This document shows, in pieces, positions 1 through 11,266 of a stretch of DNA of 64,000 nucleotides; position 1 is the stretch's first letter; each line of letters opens with the position of its first letter. Made by a program: the position numbers and the translations under genes. Origin of the DNA: Marsupella aquatica (Eukaryota; Plantae; Marchantiophyta); contig OZ316895.1 in NCBI GenBank assembly GCA_973895155.1, positions 10,776,184-10,840,183 of the forward strand, in the 5' to 3' direction. The notes beneath the pieces are model-generated. The model saw nothing but the letters and a program-made list of their open reading frames with translations. It ran no database searches and had not been told where the DNA came from.

Positions 1-1
1 T

Positions 2-346
2 ATGAGGTATTCCGAGTCTGGTCTTTGGCAGGTGAATTTCCATAGAGAACTGGGTGTGTCCAAGAAAATGGATTACGTTTTCCCAAAGCAAGTGGAGCAG
101 GTTTTCTTCCACCCCAATGAGAAGGGGATAGCATGGAGAACAATCCTCCACAAAGAATCCAGGTCCACAAGGGTGTTAGGTGATTACACAGACGTTGATT
201 TCCATGCTACAATGGAAAACAATGCCAAATTACACATCAAATTGGCTAAGGCCTGTAGGTCCAGAGAAAATCCAGGACCAAGTACTGGTCCCAAACGAGG
301 CAGAGATGCAGAGGGATCTGCAAGAAAGGGCAGGCCTAAGCAGTGA
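2..346 (+). mobile_element. C-terminal part of a CACTA (En/Spm) TnpD-like transposase (DUF4216-like region); begins before the window
   Basis: SESGLWQVNF...DYVFPKQVEQVFF...WRTILHKESR resembles the end of TnpD (D-x-x-G-F-x-x-V-N...F-I-x-x-x-Q-x-x-Q-V-F-Y...W-x-x-V-L). Possible further + strand exons near 777-988 and 1081-1178. Confidence 0.6.
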
Positions 347-1244
347 ATAGGTTTTAGCTAGGTGTGTGAAGTCCATAGATGGACTACATGTATGGACTAT
401 TTATGAAATCAGACTAATGGTTTACCCATTTGTGCAGTTGGTGAATGCAGCCTGTGAAAGGAAGATTGCAAGGGTTGTCACATTCTGTGAATCCTTATGA
501 GGAGGCCTGAAATCGGAACATAGAGCATAATGTCAGAATTATGCGTGATCTAGGACTGGGGCCAGACTGCAAGCTGATGTGTGTGTTGATATGTCTATTG
601 CAAATTTGATTCAGTAGATGGAGTTGTCAGGTTCATGTTCTGTTTTCATATTCCAGATTGGTCTCATACTAGTATGGATCCTGTACATAAGTACTAGTCT
701 TACGGTGTTGTAGATTCATTTTGCATGTATGTTTGATCTGCATTGGTGTATGTTGATGATTGCTTTGTTCCTTAGAGGCCCAACCACACATGTACAACGA
801 GAGAGAGGAAAGCCTGCTTTGGTGAAAGGTACTTCAACTGAAACATTGCCAAAGAGGAGGAGCTCTAGACTATCAGAAGTTACCAAGGTGAACATGGCAG
901 AGTTTGGTGATGATGGATATGGTTCTCCTTCTGAGTATGACACTGAGGATTCTGACATTGGAGGGTCAGAACCAGAGAGTGCACAACAGGTAATGCTTGA
1001 ACTTCATCATCCTAATAGGAAGGGATCCTTGTCCCTTTTTCAAATTATATGTTGATATGCTTACGTTGTCCATGATGTAGGTACAGAAACAAAATCGTGG
1101 TCCTAAGAAGACTGGGCCTGGTGGAGGTGGGCTAGTGAGATGTTGGAAAGACCCAGACACTGGACTCTTATATGAAAGTGAGTGGATTGTACTGTTCTAC
1201 TTTTCAGGTGTGTTTGGAAGTTGATATTCTACTTGGAAATGAAA

Positions 1245-3766
1245 TTAATTGAAGTGCTTTGGTGTTGTGTGTTTGTTTAGTGGTTCCATCAGCATCTGAA
1301 GGCAGATCAGGTCAATCTGATGTACTACATTCCAGAGGATCTTCAGGTAATACACAATCATGCTCGTCATGACAGCTTTAGGTTTCACTAGTAATGTGAC
1401 TAACACTACTGAATAACCTGGGGGAATCCTCTTGCCATGGAACGTTGTGGAACCAACCTGCACTCTGCCAAATCCTACTCGTGTTCCACTCTCATCAACA
1501 GCTAACAAGCCACTTTGTCCCTCAGCATTAGGTGCTTTCCCCACTTCCACCTTAGATCTTTCTGCCAGCACCGTTCTTGGAGGTTTGTATGAAACCTTTG
1601 ACGTGGCTTTGCTCCCACCAGCAGACTTGCTTTGTGTGCGCATGCTTCCTCTCTTCACAGTAGTGAAGCTAGGCTCAGTAGGTTCCTCTGTTAGGACTGT
1701 CACAGTAGCAGGTTCATCACTTGGGAGTGTCATACCAACTAACTCTTTGGTTGGATTTATCTCAACAAGAGGCACACCTGTCATTGAGAATGATACATTC
1801 TGCAAATCATTTATCTCTGCAATGGAGTCAAGATCTACATAGCATGAATCTGGCTCAATGGTATCATTGTCATGCTTGCTGATATCCTCATTTGCCCCAA
1901 CATTGATATCATCCACTCCCTTGCCAATGTCATCCTCATCCAAACATGGTTGACTGCCCTCTGTCAAACAAGTTGCTTGTACAGACTGCAACTTTGTTGC
2001 CTCTAAATTACAGCGAGTATTTGCCAGGTTCTCATACTTCTTCTCTGTAGCACCTGTCTTATTCTCTATGGACACAACAACCACAATATATGTTACTGAA
2101 AATAACACATTCAACAAACAATGTCAATTCAAACTATACATTTAATAATCATATCCCACACAGTTGTAAAGGCCTTACCTTCAAGCCTACATGTCGTTGG
2201 CATGCCAGAAGAGTGCATCGACTTTGCCACCTCAAGTGGTGATGGTGGAACTCCTGCAGAATTGGAATCAATTTTATCTCTCACCGACACAACAGCTTCC
2301 ATTAATGTCTTGAAGTTCACATGGAACAAGTCAGTCAATGAATTCAAACGTTCATTGATCTCTGGAAGACATATTTCGACAGCCTTCAAACGACCACTTA
2401 TCTCTGTAAGTGAAGATCCACCTCCCTACATGACACAGGGGTATAGGTTCAATCACTCCATATGAAATGTTGGGCAATATATGCACAATCAATGTTATAT
2501 ACAGTGTACACCTGAAATTCAACGCAGGTCATTCAATTACCAATCAGAACTCATATAACTTACATGCTTGGAGGATTCAGATGCACCCTCTTGAGCCCGG
2601 GTGTTCACAATTTCAGCCCTCAACTCTTCTTTTGAAGGGCTTTGCCCCAATTGGGCTTTCTGCACATGCATGGCAAACACAAGTTATCGATTAATATTCA
2701 GGGAACGTACACTAAAAAACAAAGTTTACATGTATGGGTTTACACTAAAAAACAGTACATAGTGTAGCATAAATTACATAGCTAGGCCATTCATTCTTAC
2801 CAAACGTTTAGCTGTCGGTGTAGTGCCAGTCCTTCCTGTCAGATTAGGGTTCTGAACACTCAACCTGGCCTTGGTCATCTGTGAACTCTTCTTTTTTGAA
2901 GCATCTGTTACAAAATAAGCTACTAACCTTGCCCACACTTTATCATCACAACTGGCTGGTGGAGGCATATCTGGCTTCTCCCCACATTCCTTCCAAGCCT
3001 TATGCATTCTCCACCTCTCTTGCTTGATGATTTTACCTGCTATACTCTCTAGGCAACCTATGTCCACGCCATCATCACTGCCCACATAATTCCATTTGGC
3101 AGCAACATTTTCACATACAGTCTTCCAATCTTTTGGATGCTGTTTTTTAAAATTAATAACACTCACATCTAACCAACGCAATACTTCAGCTTTCAAATCA
3201 GCATGCCATCGGTTCTTGTGAGGACACTCAGCATCCACCCATTGTCTCTCATTCAACTTTATGTTCCCTTTCTTTGTCACCTCCCCTCGTGCACTGCTCT
3301 CGATAGTACTGGGCGTTGTATTGGCCACCCCTTCATTCACCCTACCTGGGGTTCTGAAGCCACCTGGGAAAATACAATGCCATTCATGCTTGAGAACTAT
3401 ATATAGAAGAATGGATGACGGCAACATTCAATGCTTCACTTCAAGAAAAATTCTTCAAACATACATACCTGTAGCTCTGCCTGTAGATGCCTGTGCAAGG
3501 ACTGCACTCTGAAATTGTTGCGACCCTTGACCACCTGTCCAGCCTAGTACAGGGGCCGGATGATGTCACTTTCTAGGTATGTGTGTGCAAACATATGTAC
3601 TGAAACCTAAGTACAAACTGTAGGAAAATAACTGAACATTCACCGACATACCTGTCCCCCTTCCGTGCTGCATCTGCATAGGGGCATTAGTGAATACTTG
3701 AGTCGATGGTTCGACTGTCTGTGACGGGGTCCCGCCACGGTAAATCACCATTAGTGTCACCAGCAA
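1245..3766 (-). mobile_element. Spliced CACTA TnpA-like gene (Ptta/En/Spm-type domain plus Tnp1/En/Spm-type C-terminal domain)
   Basis: Exon ~3362-2800 encodes KQERWRMHKAW...PPASCDDKVWARLVAYF...KKKSSQMTKARLSVQNPNLTGRTG, typical of Ptta/En/Spm proteins. The last exon encodes VGFGRVQ...FHGKRIPPGYSVVLV. GT-AG junctions are visible, e.g. KRL|gtaag joining exon 2659-2564 in frame. Confidence 0.65.
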
Positions 3767-4014
3767 GACACCTGTAAATAAATAAGCCCATAGACGCGAG
3801 TTTTTTTTAATGTTCTTTAAATCTATAAAGTTTTTTTAAAGCATCTCGGGATAGTCGAAGACCCCAACAGTTTTCTCTAGACCCGGGTTAATTAAGGGGA
3901 AAAACCTGGGGGGGTTTAAAATTGTGACTTTCCGGGAAGGTAAGGAAGTCCGGGAAATAAGCATTTTTAATTTTTTGGTAACACCCCTTCTAAAGCAACA
4001 CTCAGGCAGGACTG

Positions 4015-4400
4015 GAGGAGTATGGGGGGTTTAATTAAACCCCCATTAAATCCTTCCGCGAGCCGCGAGCTGCCGTGCAAGGAAGGGGAAGCGTCCGCGA
4101 GTGAGCCGCAAGCCGCGAGCCGCGAGCTACGGGCCGCAAGCTGCGAGGTGCGAGCCCTGCAGAGGGCGGGAGCTGCTGCGAGCTGCCACGAGTGAGGAGT
4201 ATGGGGGGGTTTTAAAATAAATCCCTCCTAAGGAGGTCCGCGAGCTGCCGTGCGAGGAAGGGGAAGCGTCCGCGAGTGAGCCGCGAGCCGCGAGCCGCAA
4301 GCTGCGAGGCGCGAGCTGTGAGGTGCGAGCCACGAGCTGCGGGCCGCGAGGTGCGAGGCGCGAGCTGCGAGGAAGGGGGACTCCCGCGAGTCGGGACAAA
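4015..4400. repeat. CpG-rich array: ~180-bp unit duplicated (4015 and 4195, third partial ~4360), built from GCGAGC(C/T) heptamer-like repeats
   Basis: GAGGAGTATGGGGGG...CCGCGAGCTGCCGTGC(A/G)AGGAAGGGGAAGCGTCCGCGAGTGAGCCGC occurs twice, with many CGCGAGC/GCGAGG subrepeats. Confidence 0.85.
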
Positions 4401-4771
4401 GGAGGGCTCCGGGGCGCAAAGCGAAAAGCTGCTCCCGGGGGGGTTTTCATTGGTTTTTTTCTCTCCCCTCTTTTCTCCTTTTCACACAATCCTTCTCTTG
4501 CCGAAAGCAAACTCGAGTTTCTCTCCCTTATTGCCGAAAGCTTTCTCCTTATGTAACAATTATTTGAGCTCTCTCTCCAATTCTTCTCAAGGCTCACTCA
4601 TGGGGGATTGCGGGGACTGTCCGGGCATTAACGACAGCAACATGAAGTGACAACGGAGGGGATTGAGAGAAATTAATTAATCGGGCTACGGGGGCTGTTT
4701 CGGGCCAAGGAATTGACATTGCTACGGGTGATGGGATTTGGTGATTGAGAATTTGATTTCAGGATGCATGA

Positions 4772-6625
4772 ATGCTAGATCAACCAGAGTTTAGCGTGGC
4801 ACGCATTCGGAGATACAAGGCTGCTTACCGTGACTACGTGGAGACTTTGATTGCAAGGGAGAGAGAAGAGAGAGAAGCTACGATGAGCACGGGATTGGCA
4901 GCAGGTTCCACACCGGTGGGTAGGAGGATTTTTCGTCGAATTTATCCCAAGACCTCCACCAAAGTGATGGAGGATTGTCGGAATATTTTCCAAGCCACCG
5001 GGGTTACAGAATTCATGAAGGTGGAGATTACCATCCCTTCGGGGAAGAGCTGGGACATTGAGGCCGGGATGGAGTTACGAACGGAGGGAATCTACTTTGA
5101 ATGTCTCAAACGTGTAGTGCCCCATGTGGAGTTGGCTAGGCTGCTATTTCTGGGGAATCAGAAATTCTCATTCACACCTCGGCACATTAGGGGAGAACTC
5201 ACGTTGAAGATGGTGGCCACTTGGGTGATTAATCCCACCTCCACCACTGCCATCCCTCTTTCCGCTGTCAAGGATGTTGAGTATAAGGGATTCCTGGCCA
5301 AGGTTCATCAACGGGTCCTTGGCAATGTGCAATCCGGGGTGGTGAGTGAAGAGCATTTCGTGGTAGCTATGGACATCAAGAACCACCCAGCCCATGTGTA
5401 CGGATGGTGGTACTACGGGTTGAAGAAGCTGTTGGCCGCTGATCCCGGGCGTGTGAGACCAGGTGGGGCTGTACATTTGATGGGGTCATTTGTATTGGCC
5501 AGGGCAGAAGGGTTGATTGGTTCCCCGGGACAGGAAGACACGGGATCATCTCTCACCACGGAGATCCGGAGTATTGACACTACCGTTATAGGGAAGCTCA
5601 CGGAGGAATCATCGTCGGCTGGTGGGGATGAAGATAGAGGAGAAGAAAACCAGGATGAGGACTACACGTTGGAGTGGCTTGAATCACTCGTAGGAGATCC
5701 GAAAAAGCCCCTGGTCTACAACATTCTGGATGTTTACCTGGCAGAGCTACGGGATTTCAGAGAGGGAGTCCATGAGGGACTCAAGCTAATCCACGCATTG
5801 AGAGATTCTCTCAAGCACGCCTCAGCCAGAGTAGAGACGTTAGAGCAGAGTACCCTGTCTCTGAAGGAGGTGATCAAGGCCAAGGAGGGGACCATTCATG
5901 AGAAGGTTAAGCTTCTCCAAGCAGCTCACGTAGAGATCTTCAACTTGAAGGGAGCCTTGTCCACCAAGGCCAAGGAAGCAGAAGAGGTGGGAGCGTTGAG
6001 ACAAGCATTGGCCAAAGAGAAGCAGAATTCTGGAGAAGTGGTGGAGTGGAGAAACCAGGTGGGAGCACTATGGAGTCAGGTGGCCGCCTTTGAGACACGA
6101 GCAAAGAGGAGTGAGGCCTTGAGCCTGGGGAAACGGAAGAGCCCCAGCACACCTAGCTCCACACTTTCCCCGGATTTGATCTCCCAGGCTATTGAGATCG
6201 TGGTGAAGGAGGTTAGTGGGAAGTATGGGCCCTTGTTGGATGGAGCCAAGAAGAGTCAGGAGAAGAGCAAGGGCTTGGAGAAGAAGCTCCGGGAGGTACG
6301 GAACTCGTTACGGGAGGCTCAGGTCAGTACGGGGATGCCACCCAAGTCTGTCACCCCCGGGACTCCCATGGCCACAGGGCAAGTTCTACCGTTGGAGTTG
6401 CTGTCCGGAGAAGAGGCTACCCTATGGAAGGACACCATTGGTGAGGGGTACATCAAGGCGTGGCAGGCCTTGGCCACTTTGAGGAAGCAAGGGAGCGGCA
6501 GCACGAAGAGTACCACGGTAAAGAAGAAGAAAAGTGAGGTGGCACTCACTCCCGTGAGTGATGAAGAGGAGGCCCACTCACGGGGCACAAGCCAGGGCAC
6601 CGAGAGTGAAGAAGAAGAGGAGTAG
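4772..6625 (+). CDS. Intact 617-aa TE accessory protein with a globular N-terminal region, a long coiled coil and an acidic/basic tail
   Basis: Uninterrupted ORF with heptad-rich E/K/L segments. It lies upstream of the LTR end and PBS of the gag element. Its N-terminal block resembles part of the broken ORF at 10238-14513. Confidence 0.6.
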   Translation: MLDQPEFSVARIRRYKAAYRDYVETLIAREREEREATMSTGLAAGSTPVGRRIFRRIYPKTSTKVMEDCRNIFQATGVTEFMKVEITIPSGKSWDIEAGMELRTEGIYFECLKRVVPHVELARLLFLGNQKFSFTPRHIRGELTLKMVATWVINPTSTTAIPLSAVKDVEYKGFLAKVHQRVLGNVQSGVVSEEHFVVAMDIKNHPAHVYGWWYYGLKKLLAADPGRVRPGGAVHLMGSFVLARAEGLIGSPGQEDTGSSLTTEIRSIDTTVIGKLTEESSSAGGDEDRGEENQDEDYTLEWLESLVGDPKKPLVYNILDVYLAELRDFREGVHEGLKLIHALRDSLKHASARVETLEQSTLSLKEVIKAKEGTIHEKVKLLQAAHVEIFNLKGALSTKAKEAEEVGALRQALAKEKQNSGEVVEWRNQVGALWSQVAAFETRAKRSEALSLGKRKSPSTPSSTLSPDLISQAIEIVVKEVSGKYGPLLDGAKKSQEKSKGLEKKLREVRNSLREAQVSTGMPPKSVTPGTPMATGQVLPLELLSGEEATLWKDTIGEGYIKAWQALATLRKQGSGSTKSTTVKKKKSEVALTPVSDEEEAHSRGTSQGTESEEEEE

Positions 6626-6629
6626 ATAG

Positions 6630-7784
6630 TCGTACGGATGTGGTTGTACGGCCTCTGGATTTCCAACTTTTTTGTGAGGGGTCACTCACGGGCTTGTTGG
6701 AAAGAGCTCGCGGAGCTGATTCCAACAAGAGGCGGCGCTCCTCAAACGGAGCCAGGATGAGCAAGTTATGGCCCGACAAAATTGTGTTTTCGCGATACGG
6801 AAACGACCATAACTCAGGCGTCCGATGTCCGTTGCGAGTGCGGCTGAGTGATTCGGGATCAGGAGGAGAAGGGCTATCCAAGGGTGAGCTCAAAAGTACT
6901 GTTGATAGGGCACCTAGTTTCAGCCATTGTGGGGTGCCTTGCAATTTCAGGGTTCACGGAGTACAGTTGGGGCACCGTCGAAGGCACCGTCGGCCCCTTG
7001 TTTAGGGTTTAGGGTTTTAGCAGCATGTGTGTGCCGCATGCCTTTTTAGTTTAGGGATTTCTTAGTGCAGGGTTTTAGCGGCGCCGCTAGGGTAGCCGCC
7101 ATCGTTGTGACCCCATGAGGGGTGCTTTGGTGTGGTTTTTTCGGTATTTAGGGGGAGAGCCCCGAAATAGTTAGGGGGGAACTCAGCATAGTACTTGGAT
7201 GCTTTGGAGTAGCTTTTGTGAGTAGCGCACCGATTAGGAGAAGTTCAAGCCAGAGTAGTGAGGTGGAGAACGTAGCACTTGTCCCCGGGAGGCAGGAGTT
7301 GGGCAGATGGCAGGAGGCCGGGTTGTCCTTGCATGTGTTACGGGAAACACCAAGAGATATGGATTTGGCTTGAGGTTCCAATATTTTGTGTGTCACTTGT
7401 TGTTGCTTGTGTTGTTTGTTTTCCTCCCCTAGTGCGTGTGGTCGGTGTCATTGTGGAAACATTTGCCCTTGTCACTAGTGTTCAAATCTTATTGTAAATG
7501 TTGGTATGCTTGCCCAAGAGAGGAGGGGGGTGGTGACAACACTCACCTGGTGGGCATGAGTTGTAGATGGTAGGACCAGTCCCTTGGACTTGATCAAAAA
7601 CGGAGAGACCAGCCGGTAGACTTGATCAAAAAGTACACTTCCGGGAGCGGAATCAAACATACTCATCCTTAGGTGTGGAAATCCTCCAAATAGCGTCCCT
7701 CCACGACCCCGTAATACGATACCAATGGTTTAAGCAAGGAAAAGTACGGTTTGCACGTATTAATTGTTGGATAGGCAAGTGACA
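6630..7784 (+). mobile_element. 3' portion of the 5' LTR of the Athila/Tat-like element (5' boundary unresolved)
   Basis: Ends in GCAAGTGACA just upstream of the PBS. Contains the shared hairpin motif at 7639-7662. Confidence 0.5.
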
Positions 7785-7803
7785 TAAGTGTGGTCCTTGT
7801 TTT

Positions 7804-7821
7804 TGGCGCCGCTGCCGGGGA
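7804..7821 (+). promoter_or_regulatory. Primer binding site complementary to the tRNA-Asp 3' end
   Basis: TGGCGCCGCTGCCGGGGA, one mismatch from the Athila-type PBS TGGCGCCGTTGCCGGGGA; ~220 bp upstream of gag. Confidence 0.85.
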
Positions 7822-8039
7822 ACCTTCTCCTTGTTTGGTTGGAGGAGGAAGGGAGCTATGTCTATTTGGAGTTCAAGCGTATCAATCACAACGCAACTTG
7901 CGACGGTTGATACGTGAGAAGTTTTTTCTTGGTTACTCTGTTATTTTACGTCAACCACAACGCAACTTGCGACGATTGATGTTTGAGAGGATGTGTTGGT
8001 GATAGTTTTGTGTGAGCTTGGCATGCAGGTCTCAATGGG

Positions 8040-9704
8040 ATGCCGAGAGGAAGAAGGGGAGGAAGAGCAAGCCCCCAACACTCACGTACGCCTGAGCTAG
8101 ATCGAGTGCCCTCTTGGGTTGCTGCCGAAGAACGATTACGGCTTGCAGAAGAGAGGAGGTTGCCACGGGAGCTGGGAGAACAAGTTGGTGTGCCGCAAGA
8201 AGGGTCTCAACACAACGAGGCCATACGTCCAGACAAAGAGCCAGACGTAGATCACGTGCTAGAAGAAGGGGAGCCCTTTGTGTTGGTGCAGTCTGAGTTA
8301 CGACCCAATCTGATCCCAGAGCTCACTGCATTGCCACAAATCATCTCACACCTATCAGCATTGCCATTACCAGTGGCCCAACGTACGCCATTACCGCCTG
8401 TGTTGATACGGGGACCAGCTGCACCAATGGCAGCTGCTCAACGTACCTGTGTTCAGTACGTACCCTTCAAGGGAAGACCAAAAGATGACCCAGACGAATG
8501 GATTGAGGAGTTTGAAGGGATCGCTGAAGCTAATGGAGAATCTACCCACAAGCTCACTATCATTCCTGGAATGATGAGCGGGGAGGCAGGCCCATGGTTC
8601 ATCTCGTTGCTACCCAACGTGAAAGCGAATTGGGCTTTGTTCAAGCAAGCCTTCTTGAAGGAGTTCAGATCCATCGGAGTGGAGGCCACATCCCTGTTGA
8701 AGGTGGGTCAACTCAGAATGAAGAAGAAAGAGTCGCTACGGAGGTTCTTGCAAAGATTCCAGAAGTTGGTACAGCGGATACAAGCCCGTACCGATGATGC
8801 TATGCGACAAGCGTGGTTTGTAGCTGCCCTACCAAGCAAGATGGGGTTCTTTGTACGACAAGCCAAGCCAACCACCTTGGTTGAGGCTATTGCGGCAGCA
8901 GAGTCATACACTGCCGCCGATGCCACGAGCAAGCGCTGCCGAAGAAAGAAGTTGAAGCCGGTTGACAGTTCCTCTAGTTATGAATCGAGTGAATCTGAGT
9001 CGGATGGTAGTGATGAATCTGAGGATTCTGAGAGTACTACGGAGTCAGACACTACGGAGTCAGAAGCTGAGAAGCGAAAGAAGAGGAAGAAGAAGTTGTC
9101 CAAGAAGACCAAGAAGTCGTCTCATCAAGAAGTGGTGATACCCACGGTGGCCGTTACCCCATTGTCTACGGCAAGACGTCTCAAGGAGCAAGAGGCCAGG
9201 TATGAGGAGTTGACAGAGCAAATGAAAGCGTTGAAGGTGCACTTTGCAGGTCTCAAGCCAGAGAGGAGAAAGGTTCCAGTAGAGAGAGCCAACGTGTGGT
9301 GCACCAAGTGCATGAAGTTTGGTCATGCCCCGAAAGAGTGCCCAGTGGGAGAACCAGCCAAGGTTTTCCAAGTACGGGAGGAGGACGTTGAAGGAGCCAG
9401 CTACTCAACCTCTTCCTATGCAGCGGAGGGGCCAGTCGAGTACTTCATGGAGGAGCCACCGGAGTCCAATGTGTATAGTGTGCAGCCGCTCAACCCGGGA
9501 CCAAGGAGCATTCATGGGATCTCAACTAACGCTCAAGCACCCCCATATGCCAACTATTCCAACGCTACTCCCGGAAATAGGCCACCGTATCCTGGAGTGA
9601 GGAAGATCCCTATTTGTTACAATTGTAGAGCGGCTGGCCACTACTGGTCATACACCCTTCTTCTTAACCTTTGGACAAGAAGCCTTGGTACCCATGCAAC
9701 TTGA
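8040..9704 (+). CDS. Ty3/Gypsy Gag, truncated within its second zinc knuckle
   Basis: Capsid-like motif FKGRPKDDPDEWIEEFE...W..FK.AFLKEF. Complete CCHC knuckle CTKCMKFGHAPKEC; second knuckle CYNCRAAGHY is broken at ~9645. Confidence 0.9.
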   Translation: MPRGRRGGRASPQHSRTPELDRVPSWVAAEERLRLAEERRLPRELGEQVGVPQEGSQHNEAIRPDKEPDVDHVLEEGEPFVLVQSELRPNLIPELTALPQIISHLSALPLPVAQRTPLPPVLIRGPAAPMAAAQRTCVQYVPFKGRPKDDPDEWIEEFEGIAEANGESTHKLTIIPGMMSGEAGPWFISLLPNVKANWALFKQAFLKEFRSIGVEATSLLKVGQLRMKKKESLRRFLQRFQKLVQRIQARTDDAMRQAWFVAALPSKMGFFVRQAKPTTLVEAIAAAESYTAADATSKRCRRKKLKPVDSSSSYESSESESDGSDESEDSESTTESDTTESEAEKRKKRKKKLSKKTKKSSHQEVVIPTVAVTPLSTARRLKEQEARYEELTEQMKALKVHFAGLKPERRKVPVERANVWCTKCMKFGHAPKECPVGEPAKVFQVREEDVEGASYSTSSYAAEGPVEYFMEEPPESNVYSVQPLNPGPRSIHGISTNAQAPPYANYSNATPGNRPPYPGVRKIPICYNCRAAGHYWSYTLLLNLWTRSLGTHAT

Positions 9705-10134
9705 GATACCGACATTTCAAGTTACAATTGAGGAACGAGCCTCAGCGGAGGAGAGCCTAAGGGAGCGAGAATATAGGTTAGAAGCTTTAGAGGAGGCGAG
9801 AATGATTTCAGCCGAGAGAGTAGAATATAGACAGAATATCATGAAGCAGCAGTATGATAAAAAGTTGAAAGTAGTTAGTATTCACACCGGTGATCTTGTG
9901 TTACTTTATGACAGTAGGTGTAGTAGGTTTCCAGGGAAGCTTTACACTTGCTGGTTAGGACCCTTTAGAGTAACCATGATGTTCTCCAATGGATCCGTAC
10001 AATTGGCCAACATTACGGGAGAAGTGTATCCAGTTCGCATCCATTATGACCGCCTCAAGAAATACTATATGGACGAAGATGAAGTTGTTCGCGAGGACGC
10101 TTCACAATTAAGTGGGGAGCTATGTGATGCCTAG
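9640..10134 (+). pseudogene. C-terminal fragment of a Ty3/Gypsy integrase
   Basis: In the frame of ORF 9685: TTGHTPFFLTFGQEALVPMQLE...GDLVLLYD...GKL...WLGPFRV...IHYDRLKKY, i.e. the GPY/F region. Protease, RT, RNase H and the integrase core are absent. Confidence 0.88.
10110..10122 (+). promoter_or_regulatory. Polypurine tract
   Basis: AAGTGGGGAGCTA at the end of integrase, directly followed by TGTGATGC, the putative LTR start. Confidence 0.65.
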
Positions 10135-10938
10135 CCAGGAATCACTCGGCCAGTGAAGTGGGTAAAGCAGGAATGCACCCTGGAAACACCTTAGTATAGG
10201 GACAAAACAAGGAAAATATAAACAATTAGGGGCGACTATGGAACCCGGGCCGAGGCCGGAGGTAAGGACGCTAGGGGTGAAAACTCGATTAGGGTTAGGG
10301 CGCGCTAAGCGTCGGCGTCTAGGAAGGATCAACGGGAGGAAGGACTGGAAGAGGAGAGGGGTAAGGAGCGCTTGCAGGAGATGGTGGCTCATTTGCGAGC
10401 ACGAACTAGGCAGACGACTACGGGAGGCCAACTACTGTCAGCTGCTTAGGCAAGCACTCGGGAGAGTAGATACCGACGATCGACCTAAGGAGGGTATGAG
10501 CAACGTCAATCAAGCAGCACATTTCTGGGGATGCCTGTTCGAACGGGCAACTGAGTACATCAAGACTTACGAGGACGAGGAATCAGAAAGGGCAGCTCGA
10601 GAATGGCAGGAGCTCGCTCGATTGTGGGAGCTGTAGAAGACGGCTTTCTTAGGAGGCGAACTCATCAAGGACGAGTTCTTGTGGACTCCTACTTCCAATC
10701 AGCTCGACGATCTTCTGTTTTGCAAAGACAGCGTCGTCGGCATCCGAGAGGCCATCAAAAACTGCAACGACATACACTGGGAATTGAAGGGTAGCACGGA
10801 AAGGTTTACCCCGGCAACGGTGCTAGGAGAAACCTCCACGGTAGCAGAGATGAAGAGGAAGGGAGCCGTCAACGATGAAGTCACCCGGCAAAAAGAACGA
10901 GGTCGGCGGCACCAAGGAAGCCAGCCGAGCAGCAGAGC

Positions 10939-11266
10939 CTCGGGGGGGTCACTTCCACGGAAGTGACACATCACGTGCGACGAAGTATAGGCCCATTTAA
11001 ATGGGTGTGGCGGAAGACTTCCAAAGTTTGGTGGAAGAACACATAGGGCATGTTTTATTGATTGGTCGACTTTAAAGAACACATAGGCCTATTTAATTGC
11101 AAAAAATACTTTCTATAAAGTTTTTAGGGGTTTTTTAATAAAAAATGACAAAATTTTAAGAAAGAAAGGGCTTTGCAAAAAAATATTTTTCACTTTAAAG
11201 TTAGGGGGGTCAAACCCTAAAACGTCGCACGCGATGTATGACCCTCCATATAGTGACCACCTCGAG
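10939..11266 (+). mobile_element. MITE copy 1 (328 bp), 8-bp TSD AGCAGAGC
   Basis: TIRs CTCGGGGGGGTCACT / AGTGACCACCTCGAG; perfect TSD at 10931-10938 and 11267-11274; AT-rich core. Confidence 0.92.

Noticed and set aside
4015-4400. CRISPR-like array
   Set aside because: There are no constant repeats with unique spacers, the context is eukaryotic, and no cas genes are present.
4127-4650. Overlapping Arg/Ala/Ser-rich ORFs
   Set aside because: They are by-products of the GC-rich repeat array.
7560-7700. Hammerhead ribozyme or retrozyme as the explanation for the shared LTR hairpin
   Set aside because: I found no CUGANGA...GAAA core in the right arrangement on either strand at any of the three sites.
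7391-7784. Short ~394-bp LTR defined by TGTCACTTG...CAAGTGACA
   Set aside because: The inverted match exists, but there is no second copy, PPT or TSD to confirm it, so it is left unresolved.
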